Assembly: GCA_964566525.1 (NCBI GenBank)
Contig: CAZMIQ010000001.1
Coordinates: 1 to 34,299, forward strand
Origin: an uncultured Pseudomonadales bacterium
GTDB lineage: Bacteria > Patescibacteriota > Microgenomatia > UBA1400 > PJMF01
Direction of reading: 5' to 3'
Length of the DNA: 34,299 nt
The translations under genes were made by a program, and so were the position numbers. Shown in pieces: positions 24,677-32,870 of this stretch (position 1 is the first letter of the stretch; every line of letters begins with the position of its first letter). A model generated the notes under the pieces. It worked only from the letters and a program-made list of their open reading frames with translations, did not search any database and had not been told where the DNA came from.

Positions 24677-25784
24677 ATTTTCTCCTTTTGATTAAATAAG
24701 TTTCTGGTTTTCTAGTCATGCTATAAATAACACCAACCAAAAAAAGTGAAATAACTAAAGAGGAACTGCCGGCGGAAAAAAAGGGCAAGGTGATGCCGGT
24801 AAAGGGAATGAGACCAGAAATTCCTCCCAAATTAATGAAGGCTTGCGACATAAAAAGCATGAAAATACCATAGCCGACCATTTTTTCTGATAAATTAAGA
24901 TTGGCTAATTGGACGATGCGCCAAATCAATGCTAAAAAGAAAATGTAAATTATAAAAATGATACTAACTCCTATAAAGCCGATTTCTTCAGCCACAATGG
25001 AAAAAATTGAATCACTACTGACTTCTGGCACATAAGCAAATTTCTGTCTTGATTCACCGATGCCTTTACCCATTAATTCTCCGCGACCAATCGCAATGAG
25101 CAATTGATTGATATGATAACCTTTGCCTTGAGGGTCGGCTTGAGGATTAATAAAAGTGGCAAACCGTTCACGACGATAGGGTGAAAAAACAATCATCAAA
25201 AAAATTAAAGCCAAACCGCCTAGCGAAAGATAAGTAATTTTTTTTAGAGGGGCACCAGATAAAATATAAAGCGAAAAACTAATCGCAATAATTACTAATA
25301 ATGAACCAAGATCTTTTTGCATCATTGAAAGGAGGATGATGGGAAATAAATAAGTGAGAAAAATTAAATAATTTTTGGTTTTGGATAATAAATAGGAGAA
25401 AAAAACTATGAGGCAAAACTTAACTATTTCTGCCACTTGAATAGAGACATTAAATAGGTAAATCCATCTGCGAGCACCATTAATAACGACATTGCCTCTG
25501 AGCACTTCACCAAAGCCAGGAAAAAAACAAAGTAAAAAGCTGACAATAGCTAAAACATAAAATAGATAGGGGAACTTCAAGTAAATTTTAGGATCAATTA
25601 AAGTGGCAATAAACATAGCAATCAAACCGACACCAAAGCCAAGTGCTTGATTTCTGACCAAAAAAAATGGAGTTCCATCTCTTTTAAATGATTCTAAGGC
25701 GCTGCTTTCAAAAACAAAAAAAAGCCCGAGGAGACATAAAATAATGGTGGTGGCGATTAGAAGTGTTTTTTCTAATTTAAGCAT
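24669..25784 (-). CDS. ftsW: SEDS-family peptidoglycan glycosyltransferase FtsW
   Basis: Multi-TM protein with GARRWIYLF..IQVAEIVK, VPEVSSDSIFSIVAEEIGFIG and FFSAGSSS blocks. Lies between mraY and murG. Confidence 0.88.
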   Translation of the reverse strand: MLKLEKTLLIATTIILCLLGLFFVFESSALESFKRDGTPFFLVRNQALGFGVGLIAMFIATLIDPKIYLKFPYLFYVLAIVSFLLCFFPGFGEVLRGNVVINGARRWIYLFNVSIQVAEIVKFCLIVFFSYLLSKTKNYLIFLTYLFPIILLSMMQKDLGSLLVIIAISFSLYILSGAPLKKITYLSLGGLALIFLMIVFSPYRRERFATFINPQADPQGKGYHINQLLIAIGRGELMGKGIGESRQKFAYVPEVSSDSIFSIVAEEIGFIGVSIIFIIYIFFLALIWRIVQLANLNLSEKMVGYGIFMLFMSQAFINLGGISGLIPFTGITLPFFSAGSSSLVISLFLVGVIYSMTRKPETYLIKRRKYV

Positions 25785-25793
25785 GGTCGATAA

Positions 25794-26834
25794 CTATAAT
25801 AATGTAATCCAGATGCCGAATAATGAAAAAATAATTTGCATCAACCAGAAGCGTTGGACAATTTTCGGCTCTTCCCAACCCTTTTTTTGCAAATAAAGAT
25901 GAAAGGGGGCTACGGGTAATAATTTTTTTTTCAAGATTTTTTTGCTCAATAATTGCAAGAAGGAGCTAGTAATTTCAAGGACAAAAATAAAGCCAATGAT
26001 GATGAGAGCAATGGGCTTACCTAATAAAAGCCCTATGACGGCAAAAGTAGCGCCAAAAGAAAGAGCGCCAACGTCACCTAGAAAAATGCGAGCAGGAAAA
26101 ACATTAAAATAGACAAAACTAATTAGACTGCCAATAAATAGCGCGATAAAGATCGCTAATGGTCCATCTAAAATAGAAAAAGAAATAATCCATAGTCCTA
26201 AAAGCGAAAGTAGGAGAGAGCCGCCTGCTAGGCCATCTAAGCCGTCAGTGATATTGACCGCATTGGCGAATGCTACAATAACCAAAGTAGCAAAGGGAAT
26301 ATATAACCAACCAAGATTAAAAGTGCCTAGAAAAGGAATATTAAGAATGCTAATTTCTAGTGAAAAAAATAAAGTACAAGCGATAATTAGAGCTAAGATA
26401 ATTTGAATAGTGAGTTTTTGGGGCATTTTCAGACCAAAAAAACCAGTTTTTTTAAAACCAAAAAATTTCTTGATATCATCGTATAAACCTAAAACTCCAA
26501 ATGATAAAAAAGTAAATAAAATGACATATATTTCTGCGGATTGATTTTGATGATTGTAGGTTAACTCAATTTCTAATAAATTTAAGAGTGGAAAAGCTAA
26601 AACATATAATAAACTGACTAAAAAAATAACTAAAATGCCTCCACCGACTGGGGTGCCGGCTTTATGACCATGAAAACGATCAAAAATAGGAGTAGGCCGA
26701 CCAAAAGCATCAATAGTTTTTTGTTTGGCGCGTTTAAAATTAATTCGGTATAAAAAATTAATAAAAGGAACACTTAAAACGATAGAAAGTGAAAGTGATA
26801 AGAATAAAAATCCAAATGGTAAGACTGCTTGCAT
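25794..26834 (-). CDS. mraY: Phospho-N-acetylmuramoyl-pentapeptide transferase MraY
   Basis: NAVNITDGLDGLAGG and LGDVGALSFG motifs. About 10 TM helices. Confidence 0.93.
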   Translation of the reverse strand: MQAVLPFGFLFLSLSLSIVLSVPFINFLYRINFKRAKQKTIDAFGRPTPIFDRFHGHKAGTPVGGGILVIFLVSLLYVLAFPLLNLLEIELTYNHQNQSAEIYVILFTFLSFGVLGLYDDIKKFFGFKKTGFFGLKMPQKLTIQIILALIIACTLFFSLEISILNIPFLGTFNLGWLYIPFATLVIVAFANAVNITDGLDGLAGGSLLLSLLGLWIISFSILDGPLAIFIALFIGSLISFVYFNVFPARIFLGDVGALSFGATFAVIGLLLGKPIALIIIGFIFVLEITSSFLQLLSKKILKKKLLPVAPFHLYLQKKGWEEPKIVQRFWLMQIIFSLFGIWITLL

Positions 26835-26856
26835 ATTGTTCTTTTTAATTAAATAT

Positions 26857-28182
26857 TTATTTAAGTCGCTTTATTTTAGCACCTAATTGGCATAAACGAT
26901 AATCCAATTTTTCATAACCTCTATCAATTTGTTCGACATTTTCTAGAGTTGTTTGACCGCTGCCTGATAAAGCAGCTAAGATAAGAGTGGCACCTGCTCT
27001 CAAATCGTGAATGTGGAAATTTCCACCTTGAAATTGAGTGGGACCAAAAATTTTAAGCGCGTGACACGCGTCTGCGGCGTCATCAGCTAAATTAAAATTG
27101 TAGACTTTTTCTGGATTGTCGACTGGTGGCTGGAATATTTCTAATTTGGCGCCCATGACCGAGAGAGCTTGAGCATATTGAAAACGAGACTGCATGACAG
27201 TCTCGTGAATAGTGCTGACACCGTGACAATGAGCAATCAAGGTCGCCCAAAGTGGCTGCCAGTCAGTCATAAACCCTGGGTGAATGGTGGTAGTAATATC
27301 GGTAGCTTGGAGTGGTTGATAATAAAAAAAGCGAATACCAAAATCACCCACTTGATAACCAGCCCCAATTTCTGAAAGTTTTTGTAAAAAAGCGGTAAGG
27401 TCTCCCTCTCTGGCATTTTCGACCACGATATCGCCTTTGGTAGCAATAGCAGCGCAAGCATAAGAAACAACTTCATTACGATCGGGCATAATTTTGTGAA
27501 TTGCCCCATGAAGTTTATTAGTACCAATAATTTCAAAAACTCTTGGTTTAATTTGCTTAATATGGGCGCCCATTTCATTGAGGAAATTAATTAAATCAAT
27601 CACTTCTGGCTCAATAGCAGCGTTTTCTAAAATAGTAACGCCCTCGGCTAAAGCGGCTGCCAAAAGTAAAGTTTCGGTGCCAGTATGAGTGTTTTTAGCA
27701 AAATGGTAATTAGTCCCTTGAAACTTACCATGTGGTAAAGAGGCATGAATTTGATTGTCTTTGATTTCGATTTTGGCTCCTAGGGCTTTAAGGCCGTCAA
27801 AATGCCGTTCGAGTGGTCTTTTACCAATTTTATCTCCTCCTGGAGCGGGGACTATGGCTTGACCAAATTTGGCTAATAAAACAGGTAAAAAAATTGTCGA
27901 AGCTCTAGAAGACTCGCCTACCTCTGGGTCGAGTCGATGATGAGTGAGCTTCGTGGGATCGAGCCAAAGCATACGCTCTCCCCTTTTTTCGACTTGGCCA
28001 CCAAGACTTCTAATAATCTGACTAGTTAATTGCACATCAGCAATTTGAGGCAAATTGAGCAATCGCGAAGGAGAATCAGCGAGTAGCGAAGCGATCATAA
28101 TTTTATATGAGGCATTTTTAGCCCCGCCCACTCTAACACTACCGTGAAGTGGTACTCCACCTTCAATGATTAGTTTTGTCAT
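26857..28182 (-). CDS. murA: UDP-N-acetylglucosamine 1-carboxyvinyltransferase MurA (Asp at the active-site Cys position)
   Basis: VGGAKNA, PGGDKIGKRPLERH and HIHDLRAGATLILAAL blocks. Confidence 0.93.
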   Translation of the reverse strand: MTKLIIEGGVPLHGSVRVGGAKNASYKIMIASLLADSPSRLLNLPQIADVQLTSQIIRSLGGQVEKRGERMLWLDPTKLTHHRLDPEVGESSRASTIFLPVLLAKFGQAIVPAPGGDKIGKRPLERHFDGLKALGAKIEIKDNQIHASLPHGKFQGTNYHFAKNTHTGTETLLLAAALAEGVTILENAAIEPEVIDLINFLNEMGAHIKQIKPRVFEIIGTNKLHGAIHKIMPDRNEVVSYACAAIATKGDIVVENAREGDLTAFLQKLSEIGAGYQVGDFGIRFFYYQPLQATDITTTIHPGFMTDWQPLWATLIAHCHGVSTIHETVMQSRFQYAQALSVMGAKLEIFQPPVDNPEKVYNFNLADDAADACHALKIFGPTQFQGGNFHIHDLRAGATLILAALSGSGQTTLENVEQIDRGYEKLDYRLCQLGAKIKRLK

Positions 28183-28188
28183 TTTAAT

Positions 28189-28197
28189 ATTATATCA
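28189..28197 (-). promoter_or_regulatory. Extended -10 (TGaTATAAT) 6 nt upstream of the murA ATG
   Basis: Minus strand reads aaTGaTATAATattaaaATG. Confidence 0.55.
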
Positions 28198-28211
28198 TTA
28201 GAAAAGGTTAG

Positions 28212-29297
28212 TTAAATATCAAAATCAAGCTTAGTATGTATTTCTTGAACAAGGCTTGGTCGATCAGTAATCATGAGAGCCCACATACCTTGAGTGCGAT
28301 AATCACCTTTATTCTCCATTAAAAATGCTGGTTGATTTTCTGGGGCAATATTAAGTTTGTGATTGGAAAATTGAAATTGATGTTGACCACTCAAATAATA
28401 ACGACCCAAGGCTAAAAATTCGATAAAGGGTATTTGCTGATCGTAATATGTTTGATAAAAATCATATAATTGACCTAAAAAAGTAAAATCATAATTTTTG
28501 GCTTGACTAATTAAAGTATTAATCACTTTTTTTAAAGTGGCTTCTAAAACCAACTGTTGGCGAGCGGAGCGAGCATAATCGCTCCCCTCAATCCCCTCAG
28601 CGTGACGAGAACGAATAAACTTTAGGGCTTGATCGGCATCCAGATGAGCTAGTCCCTCCTGAAAGCTAATGGTCTCGTAGAGCAGATTAGGATCATGAAC
28701 TTGAGTAACGTCAACTCCAGACTTGGGATAGCGGTGATCACTGAAACTATTAACGATATTAACTTCGACACCATTAATGAGAGCCAGAAAGTGATGTAAG
28801 TCTGCCAAGCTAATCAGAAGAGTGTAGTGAATGGGCAAGGAGAAAGTTTCACGATAGAAATCAGTGGTTAAAGCAAGAGCTTCTTCTGGTTGGGCTAAAA
28901 AGTGACGAGCATAAACTGAATTGAGTTTATTTTTTATTTCTGGTAGATAAATATCTCTGGGTAAAGTTAATAAATTAAGCTGACCATTGTCAAGATTAAG
29001 ACTAGCCAAAATAATAGTGTCAGTCAAAGGATAATCTGCTGGGCGATCTGGCAAAACATCCACGCCTAAAAGTAAAAAATTAATCCGTTGCTGGTCGCTT
29101 TTAAGCGGATAATGTTGACTATCTCTATAAAGCTGAAGAATTTCCTGAGCAGAAATGCCAGCAGTTTGGGAAAAAGTCTGAAAACTGGAATATGCTTGCC
29201 AAGCAAAAAGAGAGCCGACAATGACTATGCAGCCAAAAAGAAAAACTGACCATTCTAGCCATGACCAAAAAACTGGTTTTTTACATGCCGTCGTCAT
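28212..29297 (-). CDS. LytR-CpsA-Psr (LCP) family cell-envelope transferase
   Basis: N-terminal TM helix, then INFLLLGVD...LTDTIILASLN...LLTLPRDIY, which is the LCP signature. Confidence 0.85.
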   Translation of the reverse strand: MTTACKKPVFWSWLEWSVFLFGCIVIVGSLFAWQAYSSFQTFSQTAGISAQEILQLYRDSQHYPLKSDQQRINFLLLGVDVLPDRPADYPLTDTIILASLNLDNGQLNLLTLPRDIYLPEIKNKLNSVYARHFLAQPEEALALTTDFYRETFSLPIHYTLLISLADLHHFLALINGVEVNIVNSFSDHRYPKSGVDVTQVHDPNLLYETISFQEGLAHLDADQALKFIRSRHAEGIEGSDYARSARQQLVLEATLKKVINTLISQAKNYDFTFLGQLYDFYQTYYDQQIPFIEFLALGRYYLSGQHQFQFSNHKLNIAPENQPAFLMENKGDYRTQGMWALMITDRPSLVQEIHTKLDFDI

Positions 29298-29676
29298 GAT
29301 GATAGCCTAATAAATGGAGCAGGCCATGCTCAATATAAAACCAAAGTTGATCATCAACTAATTTTCCCTTTTTGCCCGCTTGTTTGACTGCCTCATTGAA
29401 ATTAATCATAATGTCACCCAAATGCTTAGGTAAGCCTGAGGGAGTAATAAATTTCTCCTCTTTAAAATCATATTGCGGAAAAGAAAGCACATCAGTAGAA
29501 CCCTGATGACCAACTTCATTTTCATTGAGTTCTTTGATTTTACGCACACCAACGATATGAATGTCAACGATGACATTATCGACTTGATGTAATTGCAAAA
29601 AATTAATGGCTTTTTCTCTTAAAATCTGCCTACTGACATGATAGCGAGAATTAACAAAAAAATTGATAGAAATCAT
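29281..29676 (-). CDS. ybeY: rRNA maturation endoribonuclease YbeY
   Basis: TDVLSFP and HGLLHLLGYHHD metal-binding motifs. Start taken at Met45 of the track ORF (MISINFF), giving a typical length of about 131 aa. Confidence 0.85.
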   Translation of the reverse strand: MISINFFVNSRYHVSRQILREKAINFLQLHQVDNVIVDIHIVGVRKIKELNENEVGHQGSTDVLSFPQYDFKEEKFITPSGLPKHLGDIMINFNEAVKQAGKKGKLVDDQLWFYIEHGLLHLLGYHHDDGM

Positions 29677-29683
29677 GAGTTTG

Positions 29684-29692
29684 ATTATAACA
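29684..29692 (-). promoter_or_regulatory. Extended -10 (TGtTATAAT) 7 nt upstream of the ybeY ATG
   Basis: Minus strand reads taTGtTATAATcaaactcATG. Confidence 0.55.
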
Positions 29693-29715
29693 TATACATT
29701 TAATAAAAATTGAGT

Positions 29716-29721
29716 TATAAT
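29716..29721 (+). promoter_or_regulatory. -10 box TATAAT 9 nt upstream of the murB ATG (divergent from ybeY)
   Basis: Plus strand reads ttgagtTATAATaatcagataATG. Confidence 0.5.
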
Positions 29722-29730
29722 AATCAGATA

Positions 29731-30633
29731 ATGCAGGAAAATATTAATCTTGGGGCAAGATCTAGTTTTAAAATTGGCGGCAAATGTCAATATTTTTTTG
29801 AGGTTCATAATGTGGAAGAATTAGAAGAAGCTTTAGTTTGGGCGGAGGAAAGAAAAATTAAACCGTTAATTTTAGGTGACATGACCAATGTTTTATTACC
29901 TGATGAGGAACTAAGAATGGTAATTAAAATGAGTCCACAAGCAAAAATTATCAATAAAAATAATGAAGTAGCTGTTTGGGCTGGAAATAAAATAGCGCAA
30001 TTTGCTTGGCAAATGATTCAAGAGGGCTATCAAGGATTGGAAGAGTTTACTAGTTTACCAGGGACGGTGGGTGGGGCTGTTTGGAATAATGCGCATTTTG
30101 GTAATAAATTTATCAGCGAGGTTTTAAAAGAAGTCAAATATTATAATTGTGAAACCAAAACATATGTGATTAAAAAAAGGAGAGAGCTTAATTTTGCTTA
30201 TGATAAATCTTGGTTCCAAAATCATAAAGTCATTATTGTAGAAGCCGTTTTCAACTTGAAAAAAACAAATGATCTTGACCTAATAACTCAAAAAGCCTTG
30301 GAAATAGCTCAATTTAGAAAAATTTCTCAACCGTATGAATTCCCCAGTGCTGGCTGCTTTTGGCAAAATGTGCCTAATTCAGAGAGTTTGAAAAAGCTCT
30401 TCCCACAATTTCAAAAACAAAATATGATTTCTGCTGGTTTTTTAATCGACCAAGCGGGTCTGAAAGGAAAAAAAGTGGGCGAGGCTCAGGTAAGTGAAAA
30501 ACATGCCAGTTTTATTATTAATCGAGGAAAAGCGACTGCGAATGAAGTGAAAACATTAGCCCAAATGGTGAGAGATGAAGTTAAAAATAAATTTGGAGTT
30601 AAATTGCAAACAGAAGTAGTGATAGTGGAATAA
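29731..30633 (+). CDS. murB: UDP-N-acetylenolpyruvoylglucosamine reductase MurB
   Basis: SSFKIGG, PSAGCFWQN and GEAQVSEKHASFIINRG blocks. ATG 29731 is preferred over TTG 29710. Confidence 0.88.
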   Translation: MQENINLGARSSFKIGGKCQYFFEVHNVEELEEALVWAEERKIKPLILGDMTNVLLPDEELRMVIKMSPQAKIINKNNEVAVWAGNKIAQFAWQMIQEGYQGLEEFTSLPGTVGGAVWNNAHFGNKFISEVLKEVKYYNCETKTYVIKKRRELNFAYDKSWFQNHKVIIVEAVFNLKKTNDLDLITQKALEIAQFRKISQPYEFPSAGCFWQNVPNSESLKKLFPQFQKQNMISAGFLIDQAGLKGKKVGEAQVSEKHASFIINRGKATANEVKTLAQMVRDEVKNKFGVKLQTEVVIVE

Positions 30634-30650
30634 GATTTTTAAAAATAATT

Positions 30651-30914
30651 TTAGAATAGTTTGCTCAACAATCTATTAAATTTGTGAGCAGCAAATCCAA
30701 GCAAATAGGGATAAATGATAAATTGAAAGATTATTGATAAAAAGGGTTCTTGTTTGATGGTTTTTATGATGCCTAATTTCGAAAAACTTTGGATAAGTTC
30801 ATACCAGGTATTAAGATGCAATAGATTGGCAAGTATATTGAGAATAATTGCTACTATTAAGATTAGCCAGCCTAAAATTAATATTTTAATGAATGATTTT
30901 GTTTTTTTTCTCAT
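30651..30914 (-). CDS. Small hypothetical membrane protein (87 aa)
   Basis: Two or three hydrophobic helices and a basic N-terminus. No recognisable domain. Confidence 0.5.
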   Translation of the reverse strand: MRKKTKSFIKILILGWLILIVAIILNILANLLHLNTWYELIQSFSKLGIIKTIKQEPFLSIIFQFIIYPYLLGFAAHKFNRLLSKLF

Positions 30915-30947
30915 AGTTCATGGTCACTCTAATTTTATTAATTACGA

Positions 30948-31418
30948 TCATTTATTTTTCTTTTTAAATTCTTGACTCAATTCTCTATAAACTTTATTTA
31001 GCTCTGTTTTAACTTGGTTGATTCTTGACTCACCAATTAAAGAAATGATATTGAGCGATAGTGGGTAGGGCCATATTTGACCTTCGCTAGCTTTGAGAGT
31101 GGCGATAATACAAAAAGCAATATTGATAATGGTGAGAATGGTAGTGAATAATGAAAAGGGGAAGACAAGATGCATATTGCTAAAATTGCTCATAATAAAA
31201 GTTGATGAAAATGACAAGATCCATGCTAGAATCAAATAAATTATAAAACTTACTTGCCAATTGAAGGCATTTTGAGCATGTTTTTTTACTTGCGATTTTT
31301 TTGTTAAGAGCATTACTAAGAGAGCGAAAATAAATGAGGCAAAAATACCGCCTAAGTGAGTAATAATTGTTAAAGTAAATTCTTCTTGAGTTGGTTTTTG
31401 TTTAACTGGTGATGTCAT
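30948..31418 (-). CDS. DUF4870-like membrane protein
   Basis: THLGGIFASFIFALLVMLL..K..VKKHAQNAFNWQVSFIIYLIL resembles the DUF4870 signature. GAAAGG SD 4 nt upstream. Confidence 0.6.
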   Translation of the reverse strand: MTSPVKQKPTQEEFTLTIITHLGGIFASFIFALLVMLLTKKSQVKKHAQNAFNWQVSFIIYLILAWILSFSSTFIMSNFSNMHLVFPFSLFTTILTIINIAFCIIATLKASEGQIWPYPLSLNIISLIGESRINQVKTELNKVYRELSQEFKKKNK

Positions 31419-31470
31419 TGTGCCTTTCTAAATCGATAATAATGTAGTTAGATTATTTTTTTAATCGTGA

Positions 31471-32085
31471 TTAATTAATAATTTTCACGGTGTTGCCTTC
31501 AACAGTGATAACTTGAGAGTTGCTAATAGGGACTAATGGCAATTCTTGACCATAGCTGGCAATGACTTTTTCTACTGCCTTTTTAAAGGGAAAATTTGTA
31601 TGATGCGGCAATGGATAAAAATCAACTATCGACAAGGCTTTACTTTCATTTAACTCTGGGGCTTTTTTAATATCATCCAGATCACTCACGTATTTAATAT
31701 CAGGAGAAACAATCATCGACCCAGCCGACTCGCCAATATAAATTTTTCCATTATTAATTTGCTCCGCTAATACTTGATCAACTCCAGTTCTTTTTAATTC
31801 TTGAAGCAAAAAGAAAGTGTTGCCGCCAGTAATATAAATATAATCATTAATTTGTATCTTTTTTAATATCTCCTCCTTGGTTGTTTTTGTGATTTCTAGT
31901 TCATCAACTATTAAGCCCAGCTTTTCAAGTGCCTTTTTGCCGGCTCCGACATAAAACTTTACAGATTCTGGAATACTGGCCGTGGGTATAAAAGTGATGC
32001 TTTTTCCGCTTAATTTTTCATTGGCAAAGGCAGGAAAAAGTTTGTAGACGGCTGAGAAAGACGAGGTTAAAAATAGTTTTTTCAT
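31471..32085 (-). CDS. Peptidase S51 (dipeptidase E-like)
   Basis: FIPTAS, YITGGNTFFLLQEL and YIGESAGSMI (nucleophile Ser) blocks. Confidence 0.8.
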   Translation of the reverse strand: MKKLFLTSSFSAVYKLFPAFANEKLSGKSITFIPTASIPESVKFYVGAGKKALEKLGLIVDELEITKTTKEEILKKIQINDYIYITGGNTFFLLQELKRTGVDQVLAEQINNGKIYIGESAGSMIVSPDIKYVSDLDDIKKAPELNESKALSIVDFYPLPHHTNFPFKKAVEKVIASYGQELPLVPISNSQVITVEGNTVKIIN

Positions 32086-32094
32086 ATTTTTTCT

Positions 32095-32100
32095 ATATTA
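32095..32100 (-). promoter_or_regulatory. -10 box TAATAT 9 nt upstream of the peptidase S51 ATG
   Basis: Minus strand reads aaaaaTAATATagaaaaaatATG. Confidence 0.45.
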
Positions 32101-32148
32101 TTTTTCGAATGCTATTAACATATTGATAAGAATTTTTACTTTATATTT

Positions 32149-32508
32149 TTAAAATTTATTTTGATTTACTTGTTTAATAAAAAATTCTACATTTTTGTTT
32201 TTAATGTCATTAATAGACTTAATTTTGAGGTGGCGACGATATTGCCCTCCTCCTTCAAGAATTTTTTTTGAATCAATCATCAAATAGCCATTAATAAACT
32301 CAAATGAAACATGATTTTTTCTCACAAAAAGACCACCAAAATCTTGAACGAGGGAAAACATAATCCCCCCATACATAATTTTCTCTTGGGCGTTTGGATG
32401 AAATTGAAAAACAGTTAAGCGTAATTCTTGTAATATTTTATATTGGTCGTAATTTAAACTCATCACTGCTGTGAGAAATTTTTCCACTTGCTCATTTTTT
32501 GATTGCAT
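32149..32508 (-). CDS. DUF1801 (YdhG-like) domain protein
   Basis: About 119 aa with the pattern ...EKIMYGGIMFSL...FVRKNHVSFEF.NG, typical of DUF1801. Assigned from memory of the family, so tentative. Confidence 0.55.
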   Translation of the reverse strand: MQSKNEQVEKFLTAVMSLNYDQYKILQELRLTVFQFHPNAQEKIMYGGIMFSLVQDFGGLFVRKNHVSFEFINGYLMIDSKKILEGGGQYRRHLKIKSINDIKNKNVEFFIKQVNQNKF

Positions 32509-32598
32509 TATAATTCTTTTATCTAGCTATTAAATTACTTTTTATTTTATCATGAAATATGCTTGATTTGAACTTAAATGAAATTTACATAGATAGTT

Positions 32599-32853
32599 TT
32601 AAATTAATTTATTTATGGTAATCAAACGAAAAGTATTGGCATTAATAGTTAAACGAATATTAAATGAGTGATTAATTAAATAATAATTTTTGCCGATTCT
32701 TCTTATTTGTTCGCTAGCACAAGTATCAATTACTTGATTAATGAAACTTTCGATTTCATCTTGGGCATAATCTGTTTTCATTTTTTGATTGAAGCGTTGA
32801 TAAACTAAAGGTGTGTAGCAAAGTCGCTTTCGAATTTGTTTGAGGTCAGACAT
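32599..32853 (-). CDS. Hypothetical protein (84 aa)
   Basis: ORF only. Lies 17 nt downstream of ispG on the same strand. No domain recognised. Confidence 0.45.
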   Translation of the reverse strand: MSDLKQIRKRLCYTPLVYQRFNQKMKTDYAQDEIESFINQVIDTCASEQIRRIGKNYYLINHSFNIRLTINANTFRLITINKLI

Positions 32854-32870
32854 AAATTAAATTACTTAAT

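Noticed and set aside
29677-29808. The 44-codon N-terminal extension of the ybeY ORF, and the TTG 29710 start for murB, which would make the two divergent genes overlap.
   Set aside because: The extension is hydrophobic junk with no YbeY counterpart. Internal ATGs at 29676 and 29731 give normal-length proteins, and each is preceded by a -10 box at leaderless spacing.
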